Below, piece after piece: positions 30,088 through 40,660 of a stretch of DNA of 64,000 nucleotides. The notes under the pieces are model-generated. The model searched no databases and was not told the DNA's origin. It saw only the letters and a list, made by a program, of their open reading frames with translations. The position numbers and the translations under genes were made by a program. Source of the DNA: Dehalococcoidia bacterium. Lineage in GTDB: Bacteria; Chloroflexota; Dehalococcoidia; UBA2979. How positions within the stretch are numbered: position 1 is the stretch's first letter; each line of letters begins with the position of its first letter. Where the stretch lies: positions 1,952,001 through 2,016,000 of the forward strand of contig OZ244720.1 of the NCBI GenBank assembly GCA_965219085.1, written 5' to 3'.

Positions 30088-31386
30088 CTACTCGCAGACC
30101 CCCGCGATGGCATCCTCGAGGATCGCCGCTGCCTCGTCGATCTGGTCCTCGGTCGTGCTCGCCGGCGGCACGAAGCGCAGGACCGAACCCTCCCGTCTGA
30201 GGCTGAAGATCAGACCATCCTCCAGGCAACGCTCTGCAATGGCTCGCCCCTCTGAGGTCGCCGGCTCCTTCGTCCCGCGATCGCGGACAAGCTCCACCCC
30301 CAGCAGCAACCCCCGTCCGCGCACATCGCCGATCATCTCGAAGCGCTCCGCCAGCGCCCGCAGCTTTGACTTCAGGCGGCCGCCAAGCCGCCTCGCGACG
30401 TTTGTCAGGCCGTCCCCTTCCAACACATCCAGGGTCGCCCGTCCGGCCGCGCAGGCAAGCGGATCGTTCGAGTGCGAGTGGGTGACGATGAACTCGTCCG
30501 CGACGACGCGCTCCTCGATCTCCGCCGACGTGCTGACCGACGAAAGGCAGACGCCGCCGCCGAAGTGCTTTGCCAGCGTGAGGATGTCCGGTACGACCCC
30601 TTCCTGCTCAAACGCGAAGGTGTCGCCCGTCTTGCCCAGACCCGTCTGTTCCTCGTCGAGGATCAGCAGCATGTCGCGCTCGCGGCAACGCGCCTTGAGC
30701 TCGGGCAGCCAGCCCCGTGGCGGCTCGATGACCCCGCCGGCGGAGAAGATCGGCTCGGTCAGCACGGCCGCCGGCCGTGACGTGGTCTGGGCGTCGATTA
30801 ACTCGAACGACGCGTCCAGGCAGGCGAGGCCGCATGAATCGGGCTCGAGACCGATCGGACAGCGGTAGCAGTACGGCGCAAGCATCGCCATCAGGCCCGG
30901 CTGCGGAGGGCCGTATCCCCGATGCCACCCGGCGAAGGTGAGCGCGCGCGTCGTGTCCGACATCCCGTGGAAGGACACATGCGGACTGGCCACTTCGAAC
31001 CCGCCCGTGTACTTCCGCGCGATAGCGATCGCCGCCTCGTTGGCTTCCGCTCCCGACTGCAGGAACAGGCTCTTGCGCAGGGAATCCGGGAGTAGCCGCG
31101 CCAGCCGTTCGGCCAGCCGTATCTCCTGGTCGTTGTAGTAGCTGCTGTGCGCGTGGATCAGCCGGCTGCACGCCTCGGTCACGGCGTCGACGATCGCGGG
31201 ATGGTTGTGCCCCAGCCAGGCGCACATCTGCCCGGAGTTGAAGTCCAGGTAGCGCTTGCCGTTGACATCCTCGACCTCGGAGCCTGATCCGCGTACGAAG
31301 ATCGGCCCCGAACCCGAGGCGTCCATCCGCCCGCCGAAGCTGAACCGCCGTGCGGCCTCAAGGAGGCTCTGCTCTGAGTCGTTCAT
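30088..31386 (-). CDS. Class III PLP aminotransferase (2,2-dialkylglycine decarboxylase-like)
   Basis: YLDFNSGQM..LGH, SGAEANE, SFHG, ILDEEQTGLGKTG, TLAKHFGGG. Confidence 0.85.
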   Translation of the reverse strand: MNDSEQSLLEAARRFSFGGRMDASGSGPIFVRGSGSEVEDVNGKRYLDFNSGQMCAWLGHNHPAIVDAVTEACSRLIHAHSSYYNDQEIRLAERLARLLPDSLRKSLFLQSGAEANEAAIAIARKYTGGFEVASPHVSFHGMSDTTRALTFAGWHRGYGPPQPGLMAMLAPYCYRCPIGLEPDSCGLACLDASFELIDAQTTSRPAAVLTEPIFSAGGVIEPPRGWLPELKARCRERDMLLILDEEQTGLGKTGDTFAFEQEGVVPDILTLAKHFGGGVCLSSVSTSAEIEERVVADEFIVTHSHSNDPLACAAGRATLDVLEGDGLTNVARRLGGRLKSKLRALAERFEMIGDVRGRGLLLGVELVRDRGTKEPATSEGRAIAERCLEDGLIFSLRREGSVLRFVPPASTTEDQIDEAAAILEDAIAGVCE

Positions 31387-31504
31387 GTCCGCCCTCCTCC
31401 TGGTGTGGGGTACGACCGGGTGGTCGCTGCGCGACACCGGTCGTCGTTCGGTTCCGCCGTCATGCCTGACCCCCTTCGCTATCGCGCTGGGGCCAGCGTA
31501 CTAG

Positions 31505-31654
31505 CAGGGTGCTAAAAACCCCCGAAGGCGCGGAAACGGAGCGCTTGGAGCGCTGCGGAGCTACAAGAACCCCTTGAGAACAAAGGGTTTCGCGTGAGCC
31601 GCAATCAGCCGATTCAGGGCCGAGACCGCTCGGGAAGACTTTTTCAGCAGCCTG
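31505..31654. mobile_element. 150-bp MITE related to the IS5 element, CTAG TSD
   Basis: ctag|cagggtgctaaaaa ... tttttcagcagcctg|ctag; ends match the TIRs at 18839/22583. Confidence 0.85.
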
Positions 31655-31734
31655 CTAGAAGGCGCTAGAGGTCTCGACCGCCTCGCCGCCGGCAGGGTTC
31701 ACCCGCCTGACTCCCCGACGTCGCGCTTCCGTCG

Positions 31735-31905
31735 CTCAAGGTGGTCGAACCGGACATCGATCCCGACGATCCGTGGTCCGACGACGTGCTCGATCGCGAG
31801 GAGATCGCGGACCGCCTGACTAGCATCTCGTGAGGGCAGGAAGCGCCGTTCGTCATCAGCGTGGATGGCCGCTGGGGCACAGGGAAGACGTTCCTGCAGT
31901 GGTGA
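31735..31905 (+). pseudogene. KAP NTPase N-terminal fragment
   Basis: DPWSDDVLDREEIADRL..*..FVISVDGRWGTGKTFL. Confidence 0.7.
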
Positions 31906-31948
31906 GAAAGCCCCCTGGCGGGCGGAGTTCGTGGCGAGGGGGATGCCC

Positions 31949-33358
31949 CTACTTCTTCAGGGGAAGGCTCACAGTCACGGTTACGCCCTGCCCAGGCCCG
32001 CCACTTGTTGCGGTGGTTGTCCCCCCGTGCGCTTCGACTATTGCTCGCGTGATGGCCAGGCCCAGACCCGTGCCGCCGCTCCTGCGACTGCGGGACTCGT
32101 CAGTACGGTAGAAGCGGTCGAAGACGTGGGGCAGGTCCGCGGCATGGATGCCGATCCCGTCATCGACGATCGAGATGGCCAGCGCCTCGTCGCCTTCCAA
32201 CCCCGCCCTCAGCGCGATGTTGCCGCCGGCGTCGGTGTAGTGAAGCGCGTTGCTCAGGACGTTTCCCAACGCCCGGCTCATGTGCGCCCGGTCGAGGTCC
32301 ATGTCCGGGAGGTCAGCGGATACGTGCAGCGACAAGTCAACCTGTCGATTCCGGGCTTGTGGCTGCCAGCGACCCACCTCCGCGGCGAGGAACTCGTGCA
32401 TCGAAGTGGCTTCGAGCGTGAGCCTCAACTCGCCATAGTCGGTCTCCGCCAGGGAGTTCAGATCAATGACGAGGCCGCGTAGCCTGTCGACTTCCTGGAT
32501 GATCTGCTCGGACGCACGCTCAGGCGTCTGAAGTCCATCGCGTAGCCCCGTTGCCTCCAGCTGGATGACGCTCAGTGGCGTGTTCAGCTCATGGGAGACA
32601 TCGCTAATCAGCCGTCTACGCAGGTCGCGCTGAGTCGTCAGTGTGGCCGCCATCCTGTTGAAGGCAGCACTCATCCGCCCCAACTCATCCGAGGATGTGA
32701 CCGGGAGCGGGGTCAGGTCCCCCTCCGCAATCGCCTGGGTGGCCTCCGTCAACGCCGTGACGGGCGCCGTGATGCGCCTCGACAACCAGGCGGCCAGCAG
32801 CACGGCAACGCCAATGGTGAGGACCCCGCCAATGAGCGTGATGAACAGAAGCGCGTTGAGGAATCCATGCGACTCGGTCGACAGGAACTCACTATTCACA
32901 TCCACGTAGACGTGGCCCACGGGCTGATTCGTGGTCAGGTCGAACACCGTTTCGCGATGCCCGTCCAGATCGGGTGCGGCTGTTCCGGGTAACAGTTCGG
33001 ATAGGTTGTCCGTCACCACACGCCCATCGATGCCGGTGACGACGACCCGCACCGGATCCTCGTGGAAGAGCTCGAAGGATTCCCCCTCACCTTCTTCGTG
33101 CCGCTCCCCCTCCGGTGCTCCATCGTAGATGTATCCGGCCTCGGACAGCGGTCTGTGCACGGTCTCCCAGCCGCCGGCAGTGGTGTACTCGAGGCTCAGC
33201 CTCCTGGCCAGGTGGCTCGCCTCGTCATCGCCGATCTCGCTCACGAACGCACTCAGGCGGGACTGCGTGGTCCAATAGCCGACTGCAACGCTGACCGAGA
33301 CGGTCAGGGCGATGGCAAGGACGATCGCACCCATGATCCGCCAGCGCAGCGACATCAC
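31949..33358 (-). CDS. HAMP sensor histidine kinase (BaeS-like)
   Basis: Two TMs, HAMP, DVSHELNTPL, NALHY, DDGIGI, GTGLGL. Confidence 0.95.
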   Translation of the reverse strand: MMSLRWRIMGAIVLAIALTVSVSVAVGYWTTQSRLSAFVSEIGDDEASHLARRLSLEYTTAGGWETVHRPLSEAGYIYDGAPEGERHEEGEGESFELFHEDPVRVVVTGIDGRVVTDNLSELLPGTAAPDLDGHRETVFDLTTNQPVGHVYVDVNSEFLSTESHGFLNALLFITLIGGVLTIGVAVLLAAWLSRRITAPVTALTEATQAIAEGDLTPLPVTSSDELGRMSAAFNRMAATLTTQRDLRRRLISDVSHELNTPLSVIQLEATGLRDGLQTPERASEQIIQEVDRLRGLVIDLNSLAETDYGELRLTLEATSMHEFLAAEVGRWQPQARNRQVDLSLHVSADLPDMDLDRAHMSRALGNVLSNALHYTDAGGNIALRAGLEGDEALAISIVDDGIGIHAADLPHVFDRFYRTDESRSRRSGGTGLGLAITRAIVEAHGGTTTATSGGPGQGVTVTVSLPLKK

Positions 33359-34032
33359 TCGTCCTCGACCACGAACTTGTAGCCCGCACCGTAGACGGTC
33401 TGAATGGGCTGGCTGCCATGGCGGCCGATCTGCTTGCGCAGTCGAGCGACCTGGCTGTCGATGGCGCGGTCGAACCCGTGGAATCGGCGGTTGGAGGTCA
33501 GCGAGATGAGCTGATCACGGCTGAGCACCTGGTTGGGGTGACGCATGAACGTTGAGAGCAGCGCGATCTGCGCTTGGCTCAACGTCACGGGTTCGTCATT
33601 GACCGTCACGCTCCGCGTGGTCTCGTTCAGCGTGATGTGGTCGCACGTGAGGACCTGCTGCACCCTGCCCTTGACGCGACGAAGCACGGCGTTCGCGCGC
33701 GCAACGACCTCCTCCGGATCGAAGGGCTTGACGATGTAGTCGTCGGCGCCGCTATCCAGCCCGATGACGCGCTCGGCGTGGCCATCTCTGGCCGTCAGCA
33801 TGATGATTGGAACGTCCGACTCGCGGCGCAGGATCCTGCATAGCTCCACGCCGTCGAGACCAGGAAGCATGAGATCGAGGACTATCAGGTCGGGAGCGAG
33901 CTGACGTGCCAGGGCCAGACCGGACTCGCCGTCATGGGTAACGTCGGCGGAGAACCCGGCGCGCTCGAGGTACACCTTCACCCAGTTCGCGATCCTCGGA
34001 TCGTCTTCGACGATCAATACGGTGCCGCTCAC
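33355..34032 (-). CDS. OmpR-family response regulator
   Basis: LIVEDD, LDLMLP, GADDYIVKPF, winged helix TVYGAGY. Confidence 0.95.
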   Translation of the reverse strand: MSGTVLIVEDDPRIANWVKVYLERAGFSADVTHDGESGLALARQLAPDLIVLDLMLPGLDGVELCRILRRESDVPIIMLTARDGHAERVIGLDSGADDYIVKPFDPEEVVARANAVLRRVKGRVQQVLTCDHITLNETTRSVTVNDEPVTLSQAQIALLSTFMRHPNQVLSRDQLISLTSNRRFHGFDRAIDSQVARLRKQIGRHGSQPIQTVYGAGYKFVVEDE

Positions 34033-34163
34033 AGCGAGTCCTCCGCGGGGCCATCCTCGACGCGATGCCTCATGGAGCCACCGCGGATTCCTGCCGGATG
34101 CGCCCACGGTCGGATGATCTCACGTGCAGTCTCGACGTCGCCCTCGGGTGAGTCCGATCGGCT

Positions 34164-35294
34164 CTAGTCGCCACCCGAGCGCTCGCCGCCACTACCGTGT
34201 TCGCCGCCAGACTCCCCGTCGCTCCCATGCTCGCCGCCCGACTCGCCGCCCTCACCTCCCCCGCCGACCTCGGCATGTGCCGTCCATCCAGTGAAGGATG
34301 CCGACGTCGCAGGCAGGTTGATCGAGACCACCTCGCCCGGAGCCATGTCCGTCGGAGTCGTCGGACCGAGTTCCGTTCCGTTCGAGAGGTGGACTTCGAC
34401 CCTGACCCGGTTCAGGACGCCGTTGGTCGTGTTCTCGACCGTGCCCTTGAAGGAGTTGCTCGGAGCGTCGTACTTCAGGATCAGTCGGGCGCCGCTGCGG
34501 ACCTCGTCGTGGGTTTCATCGAGTGCCAGGGCATCGGCGCCGCTGTCTTCTTCCTCATCAGAGCCGTGTTCATCGCCGCCTTCGGTACCTTCTTCGCCAC
34601 CGGCGCCACCTTCTTCGCCACCGGCGCCGCCACCCTCTTCGCCACCGGCGCCGTGTTCACCGCTGCCTTCGGTACCTTCTTCTCCCGCGTGGGCCGCTGG
34701 GCCGGGACCGTCGCAGTCGAACACCTCCATGTGAACGACGTAGCTATCGAAGGAGACTCCCGCAAGCTTCGGTTCGCTCGCGACTGTCAGGCTTGACCTT
34801 ACGTCCTGTCCCGGGCTCAGGTGTCCCAGCTTGTCGGGGCCGAGCTCTCCCACGGTCTTCGTTCCCGACTTCAGGTGAGGTTCTGCCTGTACGTAGCACA
34901 GGGTGCTTGCGAGCGTGTTCCGCACCGTTCCGTGGACGGACCGGGTTGCTGCGTCGTACCGCATGGAGACGGCCAACCCGCCGAGGACACCGCTCCACGC
35001 CTGTCCGAGGGGCGTGATCGGGCTCGACATGGCGGCTTCTCGGCTCTCTTCATCGCCCTCGGAACCAGAGCCGTGTTCACCGTTGCCTCCGCTCCCTTCT
35101 CCACCGCCGTGCTCATCTCCAGGGTCGCCACCCCCTCGCTCGGAGCTGGCCTGGCTTGCGGTGGAGCGGTCGGAATCCCCGCTGTCCCCGGGTCCGGCGC
35201 CGGCGGTACAGCCGCTGATGATCACCGCAGCGAGCATAGCCGCCAGGACCGGCCCGGCCAGGTGCTTGTTCGTCAGCGGATTCCTCCAGCTCAT
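34164..35294 (-). CDS. Lipoprotein with Gly/Glu/His-rich repeats and two related beta-rich domains
   Basis: Lipobox IISGC; GEHG repeats; duplicated YDA..GTVxNT..ELGP domain. Confidence 0.75.
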   Translation of the reverse strand: MSWRNPLTNKHLAGPVLAAMLAAVIISGCTAGAGPGDSGDSDRSTASQASSERGGGDPGDEHGGGEGSGGNGEHGSGSEGDEESREAAMSSPITPLGQAWSGVLGGLAVSMRYDAATRSVHGTVRNTLASTLCYVQAEPHLKSGTKTVGELGPDKLGHLSPGQDVRSSLTVASEPKLAGVSFDSYVVHMEVFDCDGPGPAAHAGEEGTEGSGEHGAGGEEGGGAGGEEGGAGGEEGTEGGDEHGSDEEEDSGADALALDETHDEVRSGARLILKYDAPSNSFKGTVENTTNGVLNRVRVEVHLSNGTELGPTTPTDMAPGEVVSINLPATSASFTGWTAHAEVGGGGEGGESGGEHGSDGESGGEHGSGGERSGGD

Positions 35295-35516
35295 CTCGTT
35301 TCGCCTCTTTCGTGAGGTATCCCGATTCCTACTCACGATAGCGATGAAATGTCGCGGGAATATGTCTTCGCAGCCGGTGAGCACACGCCTGGCCGTGCTC
35401 CAGGGCCACCGGAGTCGAAAAGCAGGACGCTATGGGCCAGCGCGCGCCGGGCCCAGTCACCTCGCCCACCGCAGCGCGCCATTACCTATGATGGCCGCGC
35501 CGTCGAGGGGGTGGCG

Positions 35517-36320
35517 ATGCCCGAGTTCGAGACGATTCGCTTCGAGGTCGAGGGGCCGCGCGCGACGATCACGCTCAACCGCCCGGAGCGCATCAACGCC
35601 TTCAACGGCGCCATGGAGCGCGAGATGCGCGACGCCTGGACGATCGTGCGCGACAGCGACGCGATCCGCGTCGTGGTGCTGACCGGCGCAGGCGATCGCG
35701 GCTTCTGCTCCGGCGTCGACCGCCGCGCCGAGGACGGCGAGCGCCTCTCCCAGCAGTTGGCGACGAACCTGTGGAACCGCGAGGATGCCGGCGCGTTCCT
35801 CGGGCCGAAGAGCAACCGCGTCTACAAGCCGGTCATCAGCGCCGTCCACGGCATCGCCTGCGGCGGCGCGTTCTACATGCTCGGCGAGTCCGACATCATC
35901 GTCGCCTCCGAGGACGCCACCTTCTTCGACCCCCACACGACGTACGGTCTGACCGCGGTCTTCGAACCAATCCTCGCGCGGCAGTGGCTCCCCTACGGCG
36001 AGGTGATGCGCATGGTGCTGCTCGGCAACGACGAGCGGATCAGCGCACGGCGCGCGCTCGAACTCGGGTTCGTGACCGATGTCGTGACCCGCGAGCAGTT
36101 GCTGCCGGCCGCCTACGGACTCGCCGAGCGCATCGCCGCGAAGCCACCGGCCGCCGTGCAGGGCAGCATCTACGCGCTCTGGCAGAGCCTCTCGCTGCCG
36201 CTCGGCGCCGCGATCCAGCAAGGCATGCCACTCACCGACATCGGCAACGCGGCGGTGCGTCCCGAGGAGGTCACGGCCACCTTCGGGGCGGGCGCGGACC
36301 GTACGTTCCGCGTGCGCTGA
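35517..36320 (+). CDS. Enoyl-CoA hydratase/isomerase family protein
   Basis: ITLNRPERINA, GFCSGVD, KPVISAVHGIACGG. Confidence 0.9.
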   Translation: MPEFETIRFEVEGPRATITLNRPERINAFNGAMEREMRDAWTIVRDSDAIRVVVLTGAGDRGFCSGVDRRAEDGERLSQQLATNLWNREDAGAFLGPKSNRVYKPVISAVHGIACGGAFYMLGESDIIVASEDATFFDPHTTYGLTAVFEPILARQWLPYGEVMRMVLLGNDERISARRALELGFVTDVVTREQLLPAAYGLAERIAAKPPAAVQGSIYALWQSLSLPLGAAIQQGMPLTDIGNAAVRPEEVTATFGAGADRTFRVR

Positions 36321-36435
36321 GGACAGCGTGATTCGGCAGGCCGGCGGCGACGGCTCGCTGCGTCGCCGCACATCGATGTGAGTTCGCGGCTGTCGCGAAG
36401 GGCGGACACCGTCCGCGGGTACGCAGGGGGACGCG

Positions 36436-36807
36436 GTGGTCACGATCGGCGACATGTTCCACGTCATCCACATCTACGACGAGCTCCAGCCGCTCGACGA
36501 CTGGTACGACAGGATCTTCGCGCCCAGGCGCTCGATGCTGGGCAACTACAGCGCGACCGAGAAGCGCGACGCCTCGCTCTGCTACATCAGCGACTTCTGC
36601 ATGGAGACGATGGCCCCGGCGCACCGGGTCGCGGGCGCGGGGGACATGCCGGTCGGCCGGTTCCACCGGCGCTTCGGCAACCACCTGCACTCGATCGCGT
36701 GGTTCGTCAGCGACGGCATGCCCGAGCTCTTCGGGCGGTTGCAGGACGCCGGCGTGCGGCTCTTCACCGACGGGGGCGGCGCCGCGACCGACATCTCGGT
36801 GCCCTGA
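36436..36807 (+). pseudogene. VOC/glyoxalase-family protein, probably truncated
   Basis: MFHVIH..ETMAP..GRFHRRFGNHLHSIAW; ends abruptly. Confidence 0.55.
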
Positions 36808-36888
36808 TCACCGGTCCTGCCGCGCGAGCACAGCTCCCGAAGACACCGCGAGGGAGCTCCCGATGATCGCCCAGGCCAGGGCTGTCCG

Positions 36889-37660
36889 ATGACCCACGAG
36901 ATCGCCCTGGTCGTGATCGCGGTCTTCCTCGCCTCGGTCGTCGAGGCAGTGGAGGCGCTGACCATCGTGCTGGCGGTCGCTCACCACCGGCTGGCGGACC
37001 GCGCTGCTCGGGGCGGGCCTGGCCGTGCTCGCGCTCGTGCTCGTCGTGTTCGCGCTGGGGCCGGCGCTCGTGCGCGTGATCCCGATCGACAGCCCGCAGG
37101 TGACGATCGGCGTGCTGCTGCTCATCTTCGGGCTGCAGTGGCTCCGCAAGGCGATCCTGCGGGCGTCCGGCATGCGGGCTCAGCACGACGAGGCGGCGAT
37201 CTTCGAGGAGGAGGTCGCGCTCCTCAGCAGCGCCGCCGCAACGCCTTCCCGGCGCGACATCGACTGGACCGGCTTGGTCGTGTCGTTCAAGGGCGTCTTC
37301 CTCGAAGGACTCGAGGTGGCGTTCATCGTGCTGACGTTCGCCGCCAACCGGGAGCACACGCTGGGCTGGAGCGCCCTCGGCTCCGTGCTCGCGTTCGTGC
37401 TCGTGGCGACGATCGGCGTCGCGGTGCACCGGCCGCTCACGCGCGTACCCGAGAACACGATCAAGTTCACGGTCGGGCTGATGCTCGTGGCCTTCGGCAC
37501 GTTCTGGGGCGGCGAGGGCATCGGCATCGAATGGACGCTCGGCGACTGGACGATCCTGCTGCTCACGGGCCTCTACACGCTGGTCGCGTGGTTGATGGTC
37601 ATCACCCTCACGCGCGGCGGCTCCGCCGTCGCCGCACGCTCCGTCGAGGCGGCATCGTGA
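36889..37660 (+). CDS. Integral membrane protein with duplicated ExxE motifs (Ftr1/COG4280-like), frameshift near 36985
   Basis: VVEAVEALTIVLAV and FLEGLEVAFIV; VPENTIKFTVG. Confidence 0.75.
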
Positions 37661-38046
37661 GCGGCGCCGCGAAGTACGCCGTGGCGTTCGCCCGGTTCTG
37701 GTACGACTTCATCGTCGGTGACTCGGTCGTGCTGGCGATCGGCGGGGCGGGGGCGATCGGAATCGGGGCGTTGCTCGCGCACAACAACGCGGCCGCCATC
37801 GCCGAGCCCTTGCTCCCGGCCGTGGTCATCGCCACGCTCGCGATCAGCCTGCGCGGTCTTCGCCGCCAGGACGCCTCTGTCCGGGGAACCGAGCGCCGGC
37901 CGAGCGCCGCCATCGACGAGTCCGAGTCCCCCTACGAGGTTGCTGAAGTAACGTCCTCGGAGGCAGGAGCGGCGCAGGGTGGCGTGAAGCCGCGCCCGGG
38001 TCGACGGAGACTGTCGTGGCGGCCGAGCCTCCACGTACCGTGGTGA
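37657..38046 (+). CDS. Small membrane protein
   Basis: GTGA overlap; RFWYDFIVGD plus two hydrophobic helices; the true 3' end may be earlier. Confidence 0.5.
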   Translation: MSGAAKYAVAFARFWYDFIVGDSVVLAIGGAGAIGIGALLAHNNAAAIAEPLLPAVVIATLAISLRGLRRQDASVRGTERRPSAAIDESESPYEVAEVTSSEAGAAQGGVKPRPGRRRLSWRPSLHVPW

Positions 38047-38053
38047 GAACTCC

Positions 38054-40504
38054 CTACTCGAGCACCATGGGCGTCTCCGAGTCGACGACGCCCTGCTCGC
38101 GCAGTTCGGCGATCTCCGCCTCGGAGCACCCGATCTCGGCCAGAATCGAGTCGGTGTCCTGCCCGGCGTAGGTGCCGCCGCCGAAGCGGTCGGGCGCGGC
38201 GGAGAAGCGCACGGTCGGGCCCCAGCGCTGCGCGCGGCCGAAGACGGGGTGCTCGGCCTCGACGACGAGACCGCTGGCGCGCATCTGCTCGTCGCTGCGG
38301 TAGAACTCGCCCGGCGTGTCCGCGCTCGCCTCCACGCACCCTACCCCGCGCGGCACCAGCAACTGCTCCCATTCGAGGACCTTGCGGGTCGCGAACAGCT
38401 CCGCGAGCGCCCCGGAGAGGGCAGCGTCGTGTTCGCGGCGTCCGGCCGCGCTGGCGAAGCGCTCGTCGCCGCCGAGGTCGGACCGCTCGGTCGCCGCGCA
38501 GAGCTCGGCCCACGCCGCGTCGTCGCGCACGGCGAGGAACACCCAGCCGTCGGACGCGCGGTACAACCGATAACAGGCGTCGGTGCCGTACAACTCGGCG
38601 TCGAGGGTGGGTCGATCGGGCTTCCCCGCGTAGCTCACGAAGTCGTCGAAGTTCGCGTAGGCGTTGGCCCCGAGCATACTCAGGAACGCCTGCTGACCGC
38701 GTCCCGTTCGGCGTCTGGCTTGCAGACCGAGCAGTACCGACGACGCGACCGCCATCGAGGTGTTCGGGTCGGGATTCGCCTCGTTTGCCCGGTAGAACTG
38801 GCGCGCGGCCTCACGGAGTCCGTCGAGCGAGTCGGTGTCCGGTGGCCAGTCTCGACCCGCCTGCATGAGCGCGCCACCATCGACGGCGCCGGGGATGGGG
38901 TGCGCTGCGGGCCGCCGCGCTGCCGGTCCAAGCGGGCCGTAGCCGTTCACGGAGAGGTGCACGATGCCCGGCTGCAGCTCGCGCGCCCGCTCAAACCCGA
39001 TGCCAAGGCGCTCGGGCACGCCGGGGCGGTAGTTGTGCACCACCGCGTCACTGCGTTCGATCAGCCGCGCGACGATCTCCTGACCGCGCGGGTTCTTGAG
39101 GTCGATGCAGATGCTCTCCTTGCCCGCCGTGGTCTTCGAGGAAACCAGGTACATGCCGAGGCCCACGCCCATCGTGCGCATCGGGTCGCCGCCGTTCGTC
39201 GGCTCGATCTTGATGACGCGGGCGCCCATGTCCGCGAGCAGCGCGGTGCCGAGCGGCGCGGCGATGATCGTCGCGAACTCGAGGATCGTGATGCCGGCCA
39301 GCGGATGCTGTGCCTCGCTGTGCGCGCCGTTCACGCTCGGCGGAGCCGCGGGCGCCTCTGCGAGCACCTGATCGGTGTGCTGGCCGGGCTCGGCGACGAC
39401 GCCTGTCGGCTCGGCCGGCGTTTCGAGCAGCCGCACGACGGGGCCGAGTTGGCGGACGGAGCCGAGTGTTGGATGGTCGAGATCGACGACCTCGCCGTTC
39501 GCGACCATGTCGGGGTTGGACAGCGCCTCCTGCGCGGTCCCCACCCAGTCCGCGGCGACGTTGCCGTTGTCGTGGAAGCGCTGCATCCACTCGGCCGCCG
39601 GCCGCTCGCGGGCGCGCTCCAGCATGAGGTTGCGCACCTCTTCCGTCGCCTCCGGGTCGAGGCCGCGGGGGGCGGCGGAGTAGCGCGGATTGGCGTGCAC
39701 CTCATCGGTCAGTTCGAGCGCCACGATCGAAGCGTGGAAGAGGTGCTCGAGCAGGTTTGCGAACTGAATCCAGCGCCCGTCCGACGCCATGATCGGCTGG
39801 TAGCCGAGCGTCGGCATGGAGGTCGCCGTGAGCGCACCGAACGGGTCGCCCTCGAACTGATCGGGATAGCGCTCGATGAGCTGCGAGCGCACCAGCGTGG
39901 CGAGGTCGTACGGGAACATGCCCTGCAGCAGGCTTGTCTCCACCAGCTGCCCTCGCCCGGTGCGGTCGCGCGCGAGCACGGCGGCGAGGATCCCGCTGAG
40001 CGCGGACTGGGCGGCGGCGTGTGTCTCAGCGCGGACGGCCGGGAACGCCGGTCCCTCGCGGTCCTGGATGCCGGTGAACTGCTGCATGCGGCCGGACTTC
40101 GCGGCAACGAGCGCAGCATCAGCGGGGTAGTCGGCGTACGGTCCGCGCGGGCCCCAGGCGGTAACCCAGCAGTAGATGAGCGCCGGGTTGATGGCCTCCA
40201 GCGTCGCGTAGTCGATCCCCAGCCGCGCAACCTCGGCCGGGCTGTGCGAGACCACGACGGCGTCCACCCCGCCCAGGAGTGCGAAGAGGCGCTGGCGGTC
40301 CTCGGTGCGCTCCAGGTCCAGCGTCACGCTGCGCTTGCCGCGCAGCCACATGGGGGCCGCCGCATCGGTGCGGTGCGGGTCGCCCCCGGGGGGCTCGATC
40401 TTGATGACGTCGGCGCCGTAGTCGGCGAGCACCATCGTCGCGAGTCCGCCGGCGGGCCCGGAGGAAAGGTCGAGGATTCGCAGGTCGTCGCATGGGCCGG
40501 GCAT
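38054..40504 (-). CDS. Family III (CaiB/BaiF) CoA-transferase, tandem double domain
   Basis: LRILDLS..LADYGADVIKIEP and ITILEF..LADMGARVIKIEP..HNYRPG. Confidence 0.92.
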   Translation of the reverse strand: MPGPCDDLRILDLSSGPAGGLATMVLADYGADVIKIEPPGGDPHRTDAAAPMWLRGKRSVTLDLERTEDRQRLFALLGGVDAVVVSHSPAEVARLGIDYATLEAINPALIYCWVTAWGPRGPYADYPADAALVAAKSGRMQQFTGIQDREGPAFPAVRAETHAAAQSALSGILAAVLARDRTGRGQLVETSLLQGMFPYDLATLVRSQLIERYPDQFEGDPFGALTATSMPTLGYQPIMASDGRWIQFANLLEHLFHASIVALELTDEVHANPRYSAAPRGLDPEATEEVRNLMLERARERPAAEWMQRFHDNGNVAADWVGTAQEALSNPDMVANGEVVDLDHPTLGSVRQLGPVVRLLETPAEPTGVVAEPGQHTDQVLAEAPAAPPSVNGAHSEAQHPLAGITILEFATIIAAPLGTALLADMGARVIKIEPTNGGDPMRTMGVGLGMYLVSSKTTAGKESICIDLKNPRGQEIVARLIERSDAVVHNYRPGVPERLGIGFERARELQPGIVHLSVNGYGPLGPAARRPAAHPIPGAVDGGALMQAGRDWPPDTDSLDGLREAARQFYRANEANPDPNTSMAVASSVLLGLQARRRTGRGQQAFLSMLGANAYANFDDFVSYAGKPDRPTLDAELYGTDACYRLYRASDGWVFLAVRDDAAWAELCAATERSDLGGDERFASAAGRREHDAALSGALAELFATRKVLEWEQLLVPRGVGCVEASADTPGEFYRSDEQMRASGLVVEAEHPVFGRAQRWGPTVRFSAAPDRFGGGTYAGQDTDSILAEIGCSEAEIAELREQGVVDSETPMVLE

Positions 40505-40660
40505 GAGGTGTCCTTCCGCGCACGCTGCATCATAAGCGAGTGTGGTATAGCTTAATCCGCACTGGAGATGGAATTACGCTCCGGTACTGGCCTATGGCAA
40601 TAGAACCGCTCGACCAGCGATCGGCGCCCAGAGGCCACGAGAGGCACGGGGGACCACACC

